Assembly: GCA_963706575.1 (NCBI GenBank)
Contig: CAVPNL010000006.1
Span: 608,001-672,000, forward strand
Direction: 5' to 3'
DNA length: 64,000 nucleotides
Source of the DNA: an uncultured delta proteobacterium
GTDB taxonomy: Bacteria; Desulfobacterota; Desulfobacteria; Desulfobacterales; JAHEIW01
Position 1 is the stretch's first letter, and each line of letters opens with the position of its first letter. The position numbers were made by a program, and so were the translations under genes. A model generated the notes under the pieces. It saw nothing but the letters and a program-made list of their open reading frames with translations. It was not told where the DNA came from and ran no database searches. Positions 29,993 through 39,773 of this stretch are shown here, piece by piece.

Positions 29993-30182
29993 TGAACCCC
30001 TTTATAAAAATATATTATTGGCGACTCACTTTTAATGTAAAATTATTTCATAATTTGTGAAAAATCAAGACATATATTTATTTTTCTGAATTCAAAGTAA
30101 ACTTGAATATCCGGGAAATATATTTTATCTATCAAAATTAATAGAAGCAATTAACCTTTTTGCTGAAACAGATGCGGGATTT

Positions 30183-31124
30183 ATGGACTCGCCGCCGACC
30201 TCACAAGACATATACAGCCTGCTTGCCATCGGTTCTGCCGAAGAGGTTCTGAGCGAAGTGCTGGAGATTCTAAAGCGGATATCTTCCGATTTCAGCACCG
30301 GGCCGATCCGTGATATTTTTGAAGCGGTGGGGCGCCTCTACAGCGGGAATTTTGCGGGCTACCGAGCCTGCAACACCGGATACCACGATCTGCGTCACGC
30401 CATCGAAGCCTTCCTTGCCATGAGCCGGTTGATCCACGGTGCCGTGCTGGACAACCAATCCTTTAGCGAAAGGCAAATTATCACCGCCTTGATCGCCGCC
30501 ATCCTGCATGATGTCGGCTATATTCAGGAAGAATCCGACACCCGGGGCACCGGCGCCAAACATAAGGCCGATCATGAGCAGCGCAGTATGGACTTTTTAA
30601 GCCGCCACGGTTTCCAATTCGGACTGTCCGAAGAAGAGATCGCTGCCGGCCGTATGATCATTCTGTGCACCGATATGGATTCCGATATCACCACGATCGC
30701 CTTTCCTTCCCCACAGGTAGAACTGCTGGGGAAGCTGCTGGGCACCGCCGATCTCATGGCGCAGCTGGCCGAGCAAACCTATTTGGAAAAGCTGCTGTAT
30801 CTGTATTATGAGTGCAGGGAAGCCGGGGTGGGTGATTATGAGAGCGAGGTGGATATTCTGAGAAAAGCCGTCGATTTTTACGACGTTTTCGAAGCGCGCC
30901 TGAGAACAACACTTGACGGTGTTGATCGATTCATGCAGCTGCATTTTGCATCCAGGTGGGGCATTCATCAGGATCTGTACCATGAGACCATCAACGAGCA
31001 GAAGGATTTTCTTTTAAAGATATTAAAAAAACCGAATAGCGATCCACGCGATTACCTGAAACATGGCGACATAGTCAAAAAAATCCACGAAACCTACCAC
31101 AAAAACACACCCAAACAGCGTTAA
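30183..31124 (+). CDS. HD-domain metal-dependent phosphohydrolase
   Basis: GYHDLRH, AILHDVGY, HEQRS, GTADL motifs. Confidence 0.85.
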   Translation: MDSPPTSQDIYSLLAIGSAEEVLSEVLEILKRISSDFSTGPIRDIFEAVGRLYSGNFAGYRACNTGYHDLRHAIEAFLAMSRLIHGAVLDNQSFSERQIITALIAAILHDVGYIQEESDTRGTGAKHKADHEQRSMDFLSRHGFQFGLSEEEIAAGRMIILCTDMDSDITTIAFPSPQVELLGKLLGTADLMAQLAEQTYLEKLLYLYYECREAGVGDYESEVDILRKAVDFYDVFEARLRTTLDGVDRFMQLHFASRWGIHQDLYHETINEQKDFLLKILKKPNSDPRDYLKHGDIVKKIHETYHKNTPKQR

Positions 31125-31168
31125 TCCTCATCCTTAAACCCTTGCTTATATTATAATGCAGGGCCTTC

Positions 31169-31197
31169 TTGACAACTCGAATCTGTTTTTCTATATT
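31169..31197 (+). promoter_or_regulatory. Sigma70-like promoter upstream of the GAF-histidine kinase
   Basis: TTGACA-17 bp-TATATT. Confidence 0.6.
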
Positions 31198-31323
31198 GGG
31201 CGCTTCAAAGATCTGATTCTCCTCTTCTTACTTCACCGGCGTCAGTCAAGGGCGTTATTTTCGTTGCATTGTTAGTGCGTCAAATCGAATTTTGCTGTTA
31301 AAAGGGTTTAGGAGCGGGATTGA

Positions 31324-32827
31324 ATGGATCCCTTTAAAGACGCAAAGACCGACAGCCAGATCTCCTCTTCGCCTGAAGCGGCCGAGGCCGAAAATGAACG
31401 GCGTCTGTTTCACCTCAAAACGCTCTACGATGTCAGTCGCGAACTATTGGGCGTTGTCGAAATCAAAACCATTTTAAAAAACTTTTTGCTCATGACCCTG
31501 GGGAATTTCGGGGTTGTCGAGGGCATCCTTTTAACGCATGACCCCCATTCAAGGGAAAAAAGCCAGCTGGTCACCATCGGAATTCAGGATGATGATAATG
31601 CGTCCATATCAAAGGGCGCTATAGACTTTCTGGCAAATCACAACCCGGGAAACGCTATCCTTGCAGAAGAAGAGCGCCGGCGACTTAAATTTTTGCCCCG
31701 GGCGGTTGAATGTGTCGCCTGCTTTTCGGTTGACCGAGGATTATGTCGGCCTCCTGGGGCTCGGTTCAAAAATTGTCGGTGATCCCTATAACAATGAGGA
31801 CAGGGATCTTCTGGAAACCCTGGTAAACAACCTGATCGTTTCTCTCAAAAATGCCAGATCGACCGAAGCCCTGAAAAATGCCTATGAAGAACTTGCCGTT
31901 TTAAACCGCGCCAAAGATAAATTGATCGACCACCTCTCCCATGAATTGCAAACGCCCCTCGCCGTTTTAAAAACATCGATGACCCTGCTGCGAAGAAAAC
32001 TGGCCTCCGTGCCTGAGGAGCAATGGCAACGGATCGTAGAACGGGCAAGTCGAAACCTCCAGCGACTGGTGGACATGCAAATTGAAGTCGAGGATATTTT
32101 GGGAAACCCGGTGGCCCGGAATTACCATGCTGTTTCGGGCTTAATCGATCAGTGCGCCGACGAACTGGAAGTGCTCGTTGCCGAGCAGACCGGAGATACA
32201 GCGGTGATCGCGCGGGTCCGGCAGCGGATCGAAGAGATATTCGGGCCGCGGGAGGCAGTTGCCGAAGACATTGTTCTGGAGGAATTCGTCAGAGAAAAAA
32301 TAAAGAAGATCGAACCCCATTTTTCGCACCGCCAACTGGAGTTGATCATTGATACAGATCGGACAGAGGTGGTGCACATTCCCCCGGAGCCGCTTGAAAA
32401 GCTGGTCATCGGTTTGATTAAAAATGCGATCGAAAATACGCCGGATGAGGGCAAGATTGAGGTGAAGGTCAAAAATCGGGATAGTGCCGTGGCGTTTGCC
32501 GTCCATGATTACGGCGTCGGCATTATCGAAGAACATCGCCAGCGCATATTCGAAGGCTTTTTCCCGACACAGGATACGATGGACTACTCGTCAAAGAGTG
32601 CTTATGATTTCAATGCCGGGGGCAAGGGGGCCGATCTGCTGCGGCTAAAGATATTTTCCGAGCGATTTGATTTTAAGCTGGATATGTCCTCTTCAAGGTG
32701 CCGCTATATCCCGCTTGCCACCGACATGTGCCCGGGCCAAATCAGCCGGTGCCAATTTTGTAAAACCATCGAAGATTGCCACCTCTCCGGAGAAACCCGA
32801 TTCACAGCCGTTTTTAAAGCCCATTGA
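31324..32827 (+). CDS. GAF-like domain sensor histidine kinase; one frameshift near 31735
   Basis: ORFs 31324-31782 and 31661-32827 join if one C is removed (gtt gac c gag gat tat); H-box LSHELQTPL, N-box LIKNAIEN, DYGVGI. Confidence 0.85.
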
Positions 32828-32880
32828 GCAATGCGTCAAAACCATACGCCATCCTTTTTCAATTTGTTCTCCAATATTAT

Positions 32881-33036
32881 TAGAAGCTATCTTAAAAATA
32901 GTAGATTACGTCCAAGGGTGCGACGTAAACCGATTCAAAACTCGTGTGTCCGAGCATACACGATAGTATTCGAGTATTTTGAATCGGTTTACAACAAAGC
33001 CCTTGGGCGTTAGATGCATTTTTGAGATAGCTACTA
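32881..33036. mobile_element. MITE-like element with terminal inverted repeats
   Basis: TAGAAGCTATCTTAAAAAT ... ATTTTTGAGATAGCTACTA; internal palindrome ccgattcaaaa...ttttgaatcgg. Confidence 0.65.
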
Positions 33037-34479
33037 GATTTTGCGCTGGACCGTCAGCATGGTAATATCGTCTTCTTGCGGGGCTTTGCCGATGTGAGAA
33101 AAAAGATGGGTACCAATTCGTTCCATGAGTTCAAATGCGCTCGATACGGGTTGGGACAACAAGGTGCTCAATCGCCTTCGGCTAAAACGCTCTTCTTCCG
33201 GCGAGCGCGCATCAATGACGCCGTCCGTGTAAGAAAACAGAATATCGCCGGGGTTGAGCTGAATCTGTTTATATTTGAATTGCGCCTGAGGGTACAATCC
33301 GACAGCCGGTCCGGTTGACAGGAGCTCTTCTTTAATACCGTTTTGATCAATGACAAATACCGCTTCATGCCCGCCGCTGACATAAATCAGCCTGCCGTTT
33401 TTTGGATCCAAAACACCAAAGAAAAGCGTTGCAAACATACACATCTCACCGTGTTCCTGGGCGATGTAATCATTGGTCAGCGCAACCGCACGGATGGCTT
33501 CAACCTGACTGTATTTTCGAACCGAAGCGGAGTCGAGTGTGCCGCCGACGGTTTGCGATTTTTTGTCGATAAGCGATCTGCTCAATTGCGCCTGACCGGC
33601 AAATATGCGGATTAAGCTTCGAATCAGCGCCATGAAAAGCGCCGACCCCACCCCTTTATCACAGACATCACCGATGACCAATCCGGTGTAACCGCCCGGC
33701 AATACAAATGCATCGTAAAAGTCACCGGAAACCCGACTCGCCGGGAAAAAAAATTCCTCAAGATACCAATTGTCCAATTGCGGCAATTTCTGCGGTAAGA
33801 AGTCTTTTTGAATTTGGCGGCATTTTTCCAGCTCCCGGTCGAGTTCCTGCGAATAGGCTTCGATCTGTTTGTTGGCTTTTCCCAGTGACTGAAGCGAATC
33901 ATTGAGGCTGTTAAAAAAGTATACATTTTCCAGAACCAGAGCCATCTGGTTTGCCGTGATATTGATGAGCGCTACGATTTTGTCGGTGAAATGATTGGGC
34001 CTGGAATGCATCAGCGTCAGAACTCCCAACAGCATGTCATTGCTGATGATCGGCAGGGCCAGAGCCGAGCGAGCCATGTATGGCTGATCGGGAAGCATCA
34101 ACCAGCGCTCATCCTTTTCGGTGTCATGGACCAGACCGATTTTGCGATGATGCATGACCCATCCGGCCAGGCCTTCTTTAAATACCGATTTGATAAGCGT
34201 GGAACTGAGATCAGGAGAGATTTCTCCGCGGGATAAGATACTGTCGACTACCAGGCCATCGCTGTCGATCAGGATGAGACTGCCAAGTTCTGCTCCGGTC
34301 AGCTCGGTTGCGATGCAAATTGTTTCGCGCAGCATGGCTGTAGTGACTTCGGGTTCATCCGGAGACCTTGCCATGGAAATGAACTTTTCAAACAGCACGG
34401 ACTGGGCCTGAAACGCGGCCACCACTTCCTCCGTGCTGAGAATGCTGCTGACTTTAGGGTTGATATCCTCATGAGTCAT
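33034..34479 (-). CDS. GAF + SpoIIE (RsbU-like PP2C) phosphatase
   Basis: GAF (GLAGWV...LGVLTLMH), VSGDFYD, GDVCDKGVGSALFM, YTDG, EDDIT. Confidence 0.9.
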   Translation of the reverse strand: MTHEDINPKVSSILSTEEVVAAFQAQSVLFEKFISMARSPDEPEVTTAMLRETICIATELTGAELGSLILIDSDGLVVDSILSRGEISPDLSSTLIKSVFKEGLAGWVMHHRKIGLVHDTEKDERWLMLPDQPYMARSALALPIISNDMLLGVLTLMHSRPNHFTDKIVALINITANQMALVLENVYFFNSLNDSLQSLGKANKQIEAYSQELDRELEKCRQIQKDFLPQKLPQLDNWYLEEFFFPASRVSGDFYDAFVLPGGYTGLVIGDVCDKGVGSALFMALIRSLIRIFAGQAQLSRSLIDKKSQTVGGTLDSASVRKYSQVEAIRAVALTNDYIAQEHGEMCMFATLFFGVLDPKNGRLIYVSGGHEAVFVIDQNGIKEELLSTGPAVGLYPQAQFKYKQIQLNPGDILFSYTDGVIDARSPEEERFSRRRLSTLLSQPVSSAFELMERIGTHLFSHIGKAPQEDDITMLTVQRKI

Positions 34480-34836
34480 CGGGATCGCCTCCTCCGAAAC
34501 ATTTGGGAAAAGTGAAATTATCAGAAAGTTACCGCAAGCAATTCAGGAAGGCAGGATACGAGTCGCAGGACTTTTTGATTCAGCAACGGGAAATTGGGCA
34601 TCTGGTCAGGTAGAGATTTCAGATAATTCTTCATTTATATATAATACCAAGTGTTGAGGAGGGTCAATTTATTTTGTAGTTTTTATTCATCCAACAACCG
34701 CCCTGCATGATAGAAGAATTACCTTAGAAGCTGCATTGACAACCCCGGATAAGTACCTACTTTTTTCCAATAAAACGGGCTGATTCTTGATTTAAAAATA
34801 GAGAATTCCGGGAACCCTTCTTAAGATCAAATCATC

Positions 34837-36213
34837 ATGAACCTATATTTACTGAGTCTCGGGTGCGCCAGGAATCTGGTGGACAGTGAAATTATGATGG
34901 GCCGTATCAAACGGGCCGGCTGGACCCTTGTGGACGAGCCGGAGGAGGCCGATGCTATCGTTGTCAACACCTGCAGTTTCATCGAGGATGCGGCCGATGA
35001 AAGCATCGAGATGATTCTCGAGCTTGCCCATTATAAACAGGAGGGAAGGTGTAAACGGCTGGTTGTCGCCGGCTGCCTGCCGGAACGCTATCGCGAGAAA
35101 ATCGCCGATGAGCTGCCGGAAGTCGACGCTTTTATCGGGACCGGAGCCTATGACCATATTGTTGAAGCCGTAGAAGGGTCTAAATATTCCGGTGGATGCT
35201 TGCTGCCGGATCCGGATAGCCTTTCACCCCGGGAAAAAGATATCCCGCGAGCCCTGAGCACATCCCATATGGCCTATCTTAAGGTTGCCGAAGGCTGCAG
35301 CCGGCATTGCACCTATTGCATTATTCCGAAACTACGGGGCAAAAAACGAAGCCGGCTGCCGCAAGAGGTGATTGCCGAAGCGCAGGGTTTGCTTGAAGGC
35401 GGCGTAAAAGAACTGGTGCTGGTGGCCCAGGATACGACCTCATACGGCACCGATCTCAAACCGCAGGCATCACTGAGCCAGCTGGTCGAAAGCCTGGCCG
35501 GCCTGCCCGCCGATCCGAGCCGGCAGCCCGGTGCCCGTGTTGACGGCAGCGCCGCGGACCATGCCTGGATCAGAGTCCTCTACGGGCATCCTGAAAGCAT
35601 CGATGATGCCTTTATCAAAACAGTTGCATCCCACCCCAATGTATGTTCATATTTCGACATTCCGATTCAGCATGTCAGCAGCTCGATTCTGAAGAAAATG
35701 GGTCGCATGTACAGAAGCGATGACCTGCAGCGCCTTTTTGATAAAATCCGGTCACGGGTTCCGGGAGCGTCTCTGAGGACGACTATTATTGTTGGGTTTC
35801 CCGGGGAAAATGAAAAGGATTTTGCAGCGCTGCTGCGTTTTGTCGAAGACACCCGCTTTGATCATCTGGGCGTTTTTCTCTATTCTGACTCCGGAGATCT
35901 GCCGTCCCACGCGTTGTCCGACCATGTGCCGGCTCAAGTTGCTCAGGAGCGTTATGATCAGCTCATGTCCAGCCAGCTGGACATATCGGCCCTGAATTAT
36001 CAAAAATATATCGGTCAAACGTTAGAGGTCTTGGTGGAAGAAGCGGTGGAGAAAGGGTTATTCGCCGGGCGCGCCGCATTTCAGGCCCCTGAAGTTGATG
36101 GCATGGCCTATATAAAGTCCGGGCCTGAACTGCCCGGCCTGCGGATCGGATCATTTTCACGGATCAAGGTAACCGATGCAATGGAATATGACCTCATAGG
36201 AGACGCTGTATGA
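34837..36213 (+). CDS. rimO: Ribosomal protein S12 methylthiotransferase
   Basis: SLGCARNLVDSE, VNTCSFI, AGCL, KVAEGCSRHCTYC, QAPEVDG, TRAM end. Confidence 0.95.
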   Translation: MNLYLLSLGCARNLVDSEIMMGRIKRAGWTLVDEPEEADAIVVNTCSFIEDAADESIEMILELAHYKQEGRCKRLVVAGCLPERYREKIADELPEVDAFIGTGAYDHIVEAVEGSKYSGGCLLPDPDSLSPREKDIPRALSTSHMAYLKVAEGCSRHCTYCIIPKLRGKKRSRLPQEVIAEAQGLLEGGVKELVLVAQDTTSYGTDLKPQASLSQLVESLAGLPADPSRQPGARVDGSAADHAWIRVLYGHPESIDDAFIKTVASHPNVCSYFDIPIQHVSSSILKKMGRMYRSDDLQRLFDKIRSRVPGASLRTTIIVGFPGENEKDFAALLRFVEDTRFDHLGVFLYSDSGDLPSHALSDHVPAQVAQERYDQLMSSQLDISALNYQKYIGQTLEVLVEEAVEKGLFAGRAAFQAPEVDGMAYIKSGPELPGLRIGSFSRIKVTDAMEYDLIGDAV

Positions 36214-37190
36214 ATGAACTCAAGCAAAGGATTCTGGCGGAAAACAAAGAAGATCTGAGTGAAATCGAAAATCAGCTGTCAGAGAATTTAAAACCCTACC
36301 TGGACCTGGTGTCTGAGGTCGCCCACCACATTTTATTTGCCGGTGGCAAGCGGCTGCGGCCGTTGCTGCTGGTGCTTGCCGCCAAACTCTGTGATTATAA
36401 AGACAAATACGCCAAAACCATTGCTGCAGCGATGGAATACCTGCATGCCGCCACCCTTTTACATGATGATATCATCGATGATGCCATCCTGAGACGCGGC
36501 CAAAAGGTGGCCCACTCCTTATACGGCAATGCCGTAACGGTTCTGGTGGGAGATTTTCTTCTGGCCCGTGCCCTATCGATCTGTGCCGACTCCGGAAAAA
36601 TTAAAGTCATTCATATCATTTCCAATTTGACCGAGAACATGTCCACCGGTGAAGTCCACCAACTGATGCGCAAAGGCGATGTCACCCTCACCGAAGATGA
36701 GTACCTGGAGGTGATTCGGCGAAAAACAGCCGTTCTTTTCCAGGCCGCCTGCACCGTCAGTGCGATCATCGCGGAGGCACCTCCCGAAAAAGAGAAGGCA
36801 CTGTCCGATTACGGCTATAATCTTGGGATTGCCTTCCAAATGATCGATGATTTATTTGACTATACCATGGACACTGCTGAGTTGGGCAAGGAAGTGGGGG
36901 CAGACCTTAGAGAGGGGAAACTCACGATACCGGTTATTCATGCGCTCAAGCAGGCGGATTCAACTGATCGAGACCAGATGGTCAAAATAATACAGAATGA
37001 AGATTTTAGCGGGGATGAGTTCAAAACGCTTGTGGCGCTGATGGAAAAAAATGACGGTATCGACTATACTTTAAAACAAGCTGCGGCCTGCGTCGAAAAG
37101 GCCAAGGAGGCCCTTTCGGTTTTTGAAGCCTCGAAAAACAGAGATAGCTTGTATGATATTGCCGACTATGCCCTGGCTCGCCGCCTCTAA
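36210..37190 (+). CDS. ispB: Polyprenyl (octaprenyl-type) diphosphate synthase
   Basis: GGKRLRP, LLHDDIID, RRKTA, FQMIDD, DLREGKLT. Confidence 0.88.
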   Translation: MNELKQRILAENKEDLSEIENQLSENLKPYLDLVSEVAHHILFAGGKRLRPLLLVLAAKLCDYKDKYAKTIAAAMEYLHAATLLHDDIIDDAILRRGQKVAHSLYGNAVTVLVGDFLLARALSICADSGKIKVIHIISNLTENMSTGEVHQLMRKGDVTLTEDEYLEVIRRKTAVLFQAACTVSAIIAEAPPEKEKALSDYGYNLGIAFQMIDDLFDYTMDTAELGKEVGADLREGKLTIPVIHALKQADSTDRDQMVKIIQNEDFSGDEFKTLVALMEKNDGIDYTLKQAAACVEKAKEALSVFEASKNRDSLYDIADYALARRL

Positions 37191-37603
37191 AAACTGTTTT
37201 TAGAGGCCCATCTTTTGCTCCAGGGCGGTGTTGCTCGTCGTCGAATTTCGCTTACGTACCATATGTACGCTGCGCTCGTTCTCCTCCTCGCGCCTAACCC
37301 TGAAACAAAACCTGCACCTCTAAAAACAGTTCTACTTTTTTTAAAAGCCCCTATTTTGCCCGATGGCTGCGTTATTATTCGATTCAAAATACTCACGTAC
37401 TACGTGTACGCTCCGTTTTTGAATCGAATAAAGCCTTGCCCTCAGACAAAATCTAAATGTTTGAAACCAGTTTTACATTTTTTAAAATACCTTGCTACCC
37501 AATATCACGCCTTTTGAACTCCTTCGTTTTTATTCAAATAGAAGTGAAATCCCGCATTATGCGGGAGCTCTCAGACAAAATCTGGGCCATTGAAGCCAGT
37601 TTT
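37188..37603. mobile_element. Three tandem MITE-like palindromic elements
   Basis: aactgtttttagagg/cctctaaaaacagttcta inverted ends; attcaaaatactcacgtactacgtgtacgc...ttttgaat; repeated gaaRccagtttta ends. Confidence 0.55.
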
Positions 37604-37699
37604 AATTTTTTATATCTATTAGAAAGAAATGCACTCCTTCTCCTCCTCGCCATTTTATTCCCTGTTTAAATAAGGGTCTTTTCCGCCAATTTTTTAACG

Positions 37700-37808
37700 C
37701 TCTGCCCTATGCGCTCTGCACTTTGCGATTAAGTGCGCCATGCGCTTAGCCCTCTGCGATTAAGTGCCCTATGCGCTATGCACTTTGCGATTATGTGCGC
37801 CATGCGAA
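37700..37808. repeat. Imperfect tandem repeat built from short TGCGC-type units
   Basis: tgccctatgcgctMtgcactttgcgattaWgtgcgccatgcg occurs twice. Confidence 0.7.
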
Positions 37809-37893
37809 ATGCTTATCTTAAATCTTGATTTTTTTAAAAAAATTCGTTTAAGTGATATTCGTTATATAATTTTTAGAAACGGGAGCGTAAAAG

Positions 37894-39102
37894 ATGCCTG
37901 GAATTTCATCGAAATGGAAGCGAATCGGGGTCGTGGTGGGTGTTTTGGTGTTGACCCTTTCACTATCCGTTGCGGTTTATGCCCAGCAGCGGGTGCAAGA
38001 TAAAACCTTTGTGGTCATCGGATCGAGCAAGTTGCAGGGCGCAAATATTCAGGCTGCCCGGGATCGTGCCATATCCGAAAGTTTGGTGACGGCCGTCGCT
38101 TTGATGACCGAAGAAGTTCTCAAAATAGATTCATTGGTGGAGAATTTCCCGCAGGTAAACAGCGTTATTTTCGGAAATACCGATGCTTTCGTCCAGGAAT
38201 ACAAGGTTTTGACCGAAGCAGAGTCCGACAAGTTTTACCGGGTCATCGTTAAGGCCACCGTTGCCGGTAAGAAAATAGCGAAACAGCTCTCAAAGGCAGG
38301 TATATTGAGGGCGAAAGTAGACCTGCCCTCTGTACTATTTTTTATCTCAGAAAAGAATCTTCAAGATGATTCCCCGCGCTACTGGTGGGGAAAGCAAATG
38401 GGCGGTTTCGAATCGATTTCTGAAACGACCATGGCAGATATTTTAAAGGCCAGGGGGTTTCCCATCGTTAATCACGGGGGGATCGGAATCGGTAAATTGG
38501 CGGATTTGGGCTCAGATATAAAGCCCGAATTAAGCGACGAAGAAGCCATTAATCTCGGTGCCCGTCTGCAGGCGGATGTGGTAATTTTAGGCACTGCCGT
38601 TGCCAGCCCGACAACCAGTATTATGGGCGATGATTTAAAATCCTTTAAAGTCATTTTGAATGCCCGGGTGCTTGGGACCGAAGCAGGTGATGAACTGGCC
38701 AACATTTCGCGCACATCGGTTACCGCCAATGTGGATGAGATAGCGGGTGGCAGGGAGGCCCTTATAATGGCCGGAACCCTGGCCGGAGATGATCTGGCGA
38801 CCCAATTGGATGCCGAGTGGCGAAAACTGGCTGAAAAACCGTCGCGGATGGAAATTTTGGTGGAAGGGACCGGCAACCTTGCCAATTTCGTAAAATTTCG
38901 CAGAGCCCTGACCGGCATTCCCGGAGTGGAGGGTATCCGGGTTAAAGAAATCAAACCCAGCGAGACGACTTTGATCATCGATTATAAGGGCAAAGCCGAG
39001 CAGTTGGCTTCAGCCCTGATGCTGCAAAATTTTGAAAATTTCGGCATCAACATATATGAAATTAGCAAACAAAATTTGAAGGTTGCGCTGGTTTCAAACT
39101 AA
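37894..39102 (+). CDS. Exported protein, FlgT N-terminal domain-like
   Basis: Signal peptide ending AVYA; AARDRAI...FVQEYKVLTE...YRVIVKATV resembles FlgT_N. Confidence 0.5.
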   Translation: MPGISSKWKRIGVVVGVLVLTLSLSVAVYAQQRVQDKTFVVIGSSKLQGANIQAARDRAISESLVTAVALMTEEVLKIDSLVENFPQVNSVIFGNTDAFVQEYKVLTEAESDKFYRVIVKATVAGKKIAKQLSKAGILRAKVDLPSVLFFISEKNLQDDSPRYWWGKQMGGFESISETTMADILKARGFPIVNHGGIGIGKLADLGSDIKPELSDEEAINLGARLQADVVILGTAVASPTTSIMGDDLKSFKVILNARVLGTEAGDELANISRTSVTANVDEIAGGREALIMAGTLAGDDLATQLDAEWRKLAEKPSRMEILVEGTGNLANFVKFRRALTGIPGVEGIRVKEIKPSETTLIIDYKGKAEQLASALMLQNFENFGINIYEISKQNLKVALVSN

Positions 39103-39156
39103 CTGATTTACACTTGACACGATACCAAGCCGGTGTTAGGTGAGATGGGTCATTAT

Positions 39157-39231
39157 AGGCACGTAGCTCAGGGGGAGAGCGCTACCCTGACACGGTAGAA
39201 GTCGGGAGTTCAAATCTCCCCGTGCCTACCA
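39157..39231 (+). tRNA. tRNA-Val (GAC)
   Basis: AGGCACG/CGTGCCT acceptor stem, TAGCTCAG D arm, CTACC-CT GAC AC-GGTAG anticodon arm, GTTCAAATC T loop, encoded CCA. Confidence 0.97.
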
Positions 39232-39239
39232 TTGATTTC

Positions 39240-39270
39240 AAGGGGTTATGGTTATAGCCATAATCCCTTT
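39240..39270 (+). terminator. Hairpin downstream of tRNA-Val
   Basis: aaggggttatggtta/tagccataatccctt followed by an AT-rich tract. Confidence 0.55.
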
Positions 39271-39773
39271 ATTATTATTTGCTACCATTTTGCTACTAAA
39301 AATTTGGCTTTATCAATAGTAATATTTAGTAAAGCGAATATAGTTTACAATGAGATCGCAGCCATTTGTAAACCTAATTGAGTTTACCATACACAACGAT
39401 GATAATATTTAGTAAACTGAATGTGACAAAATATATTAATCGCTTTTTAGCGCTTAGTTTGATCAACCAAGCGGGGAAAAAGGGCCGAAATGTTTACTAC
39501 GAAATAGCCTCGAATTTATCTATTTTGTCTTACGACCTGAATCATAAAGTTTTGTGCAATAATACGATATATTGAAAATTTTCTTGGCAATAAATAGTTA
39601 GATAGAATTAAATACCTTAAAGTTTATATTTGCCATGGTTAATCTGCAATATTCTCTCTAGTTTTCCGCTACGGTATGTTTTGTATCTTCTAATTTGACA
39701 TAGAACGATATTTTCGATATTTCAATTTTACTTTCCTACGTATTTCAGCTTCAATCAAACTGCATAGACCTTA

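Noticed and set aside
31725..31745. Programmed frameshifting or phase variation in the kinase (and at ~57032)
   Set aside because: No slippery heptamer or long repeat tract; single-base indels match the error pattern seen elsewhere.
37700..37808. Possible CRISPR array
   Set aside because: Only two imperfect repeats with no unique spacers, and no cas genes in the window.
37187..38003. Small ORFs between ispB and the exported protein
   Set aside because: They lie on palindromic repeat elements and have no protein-like features.
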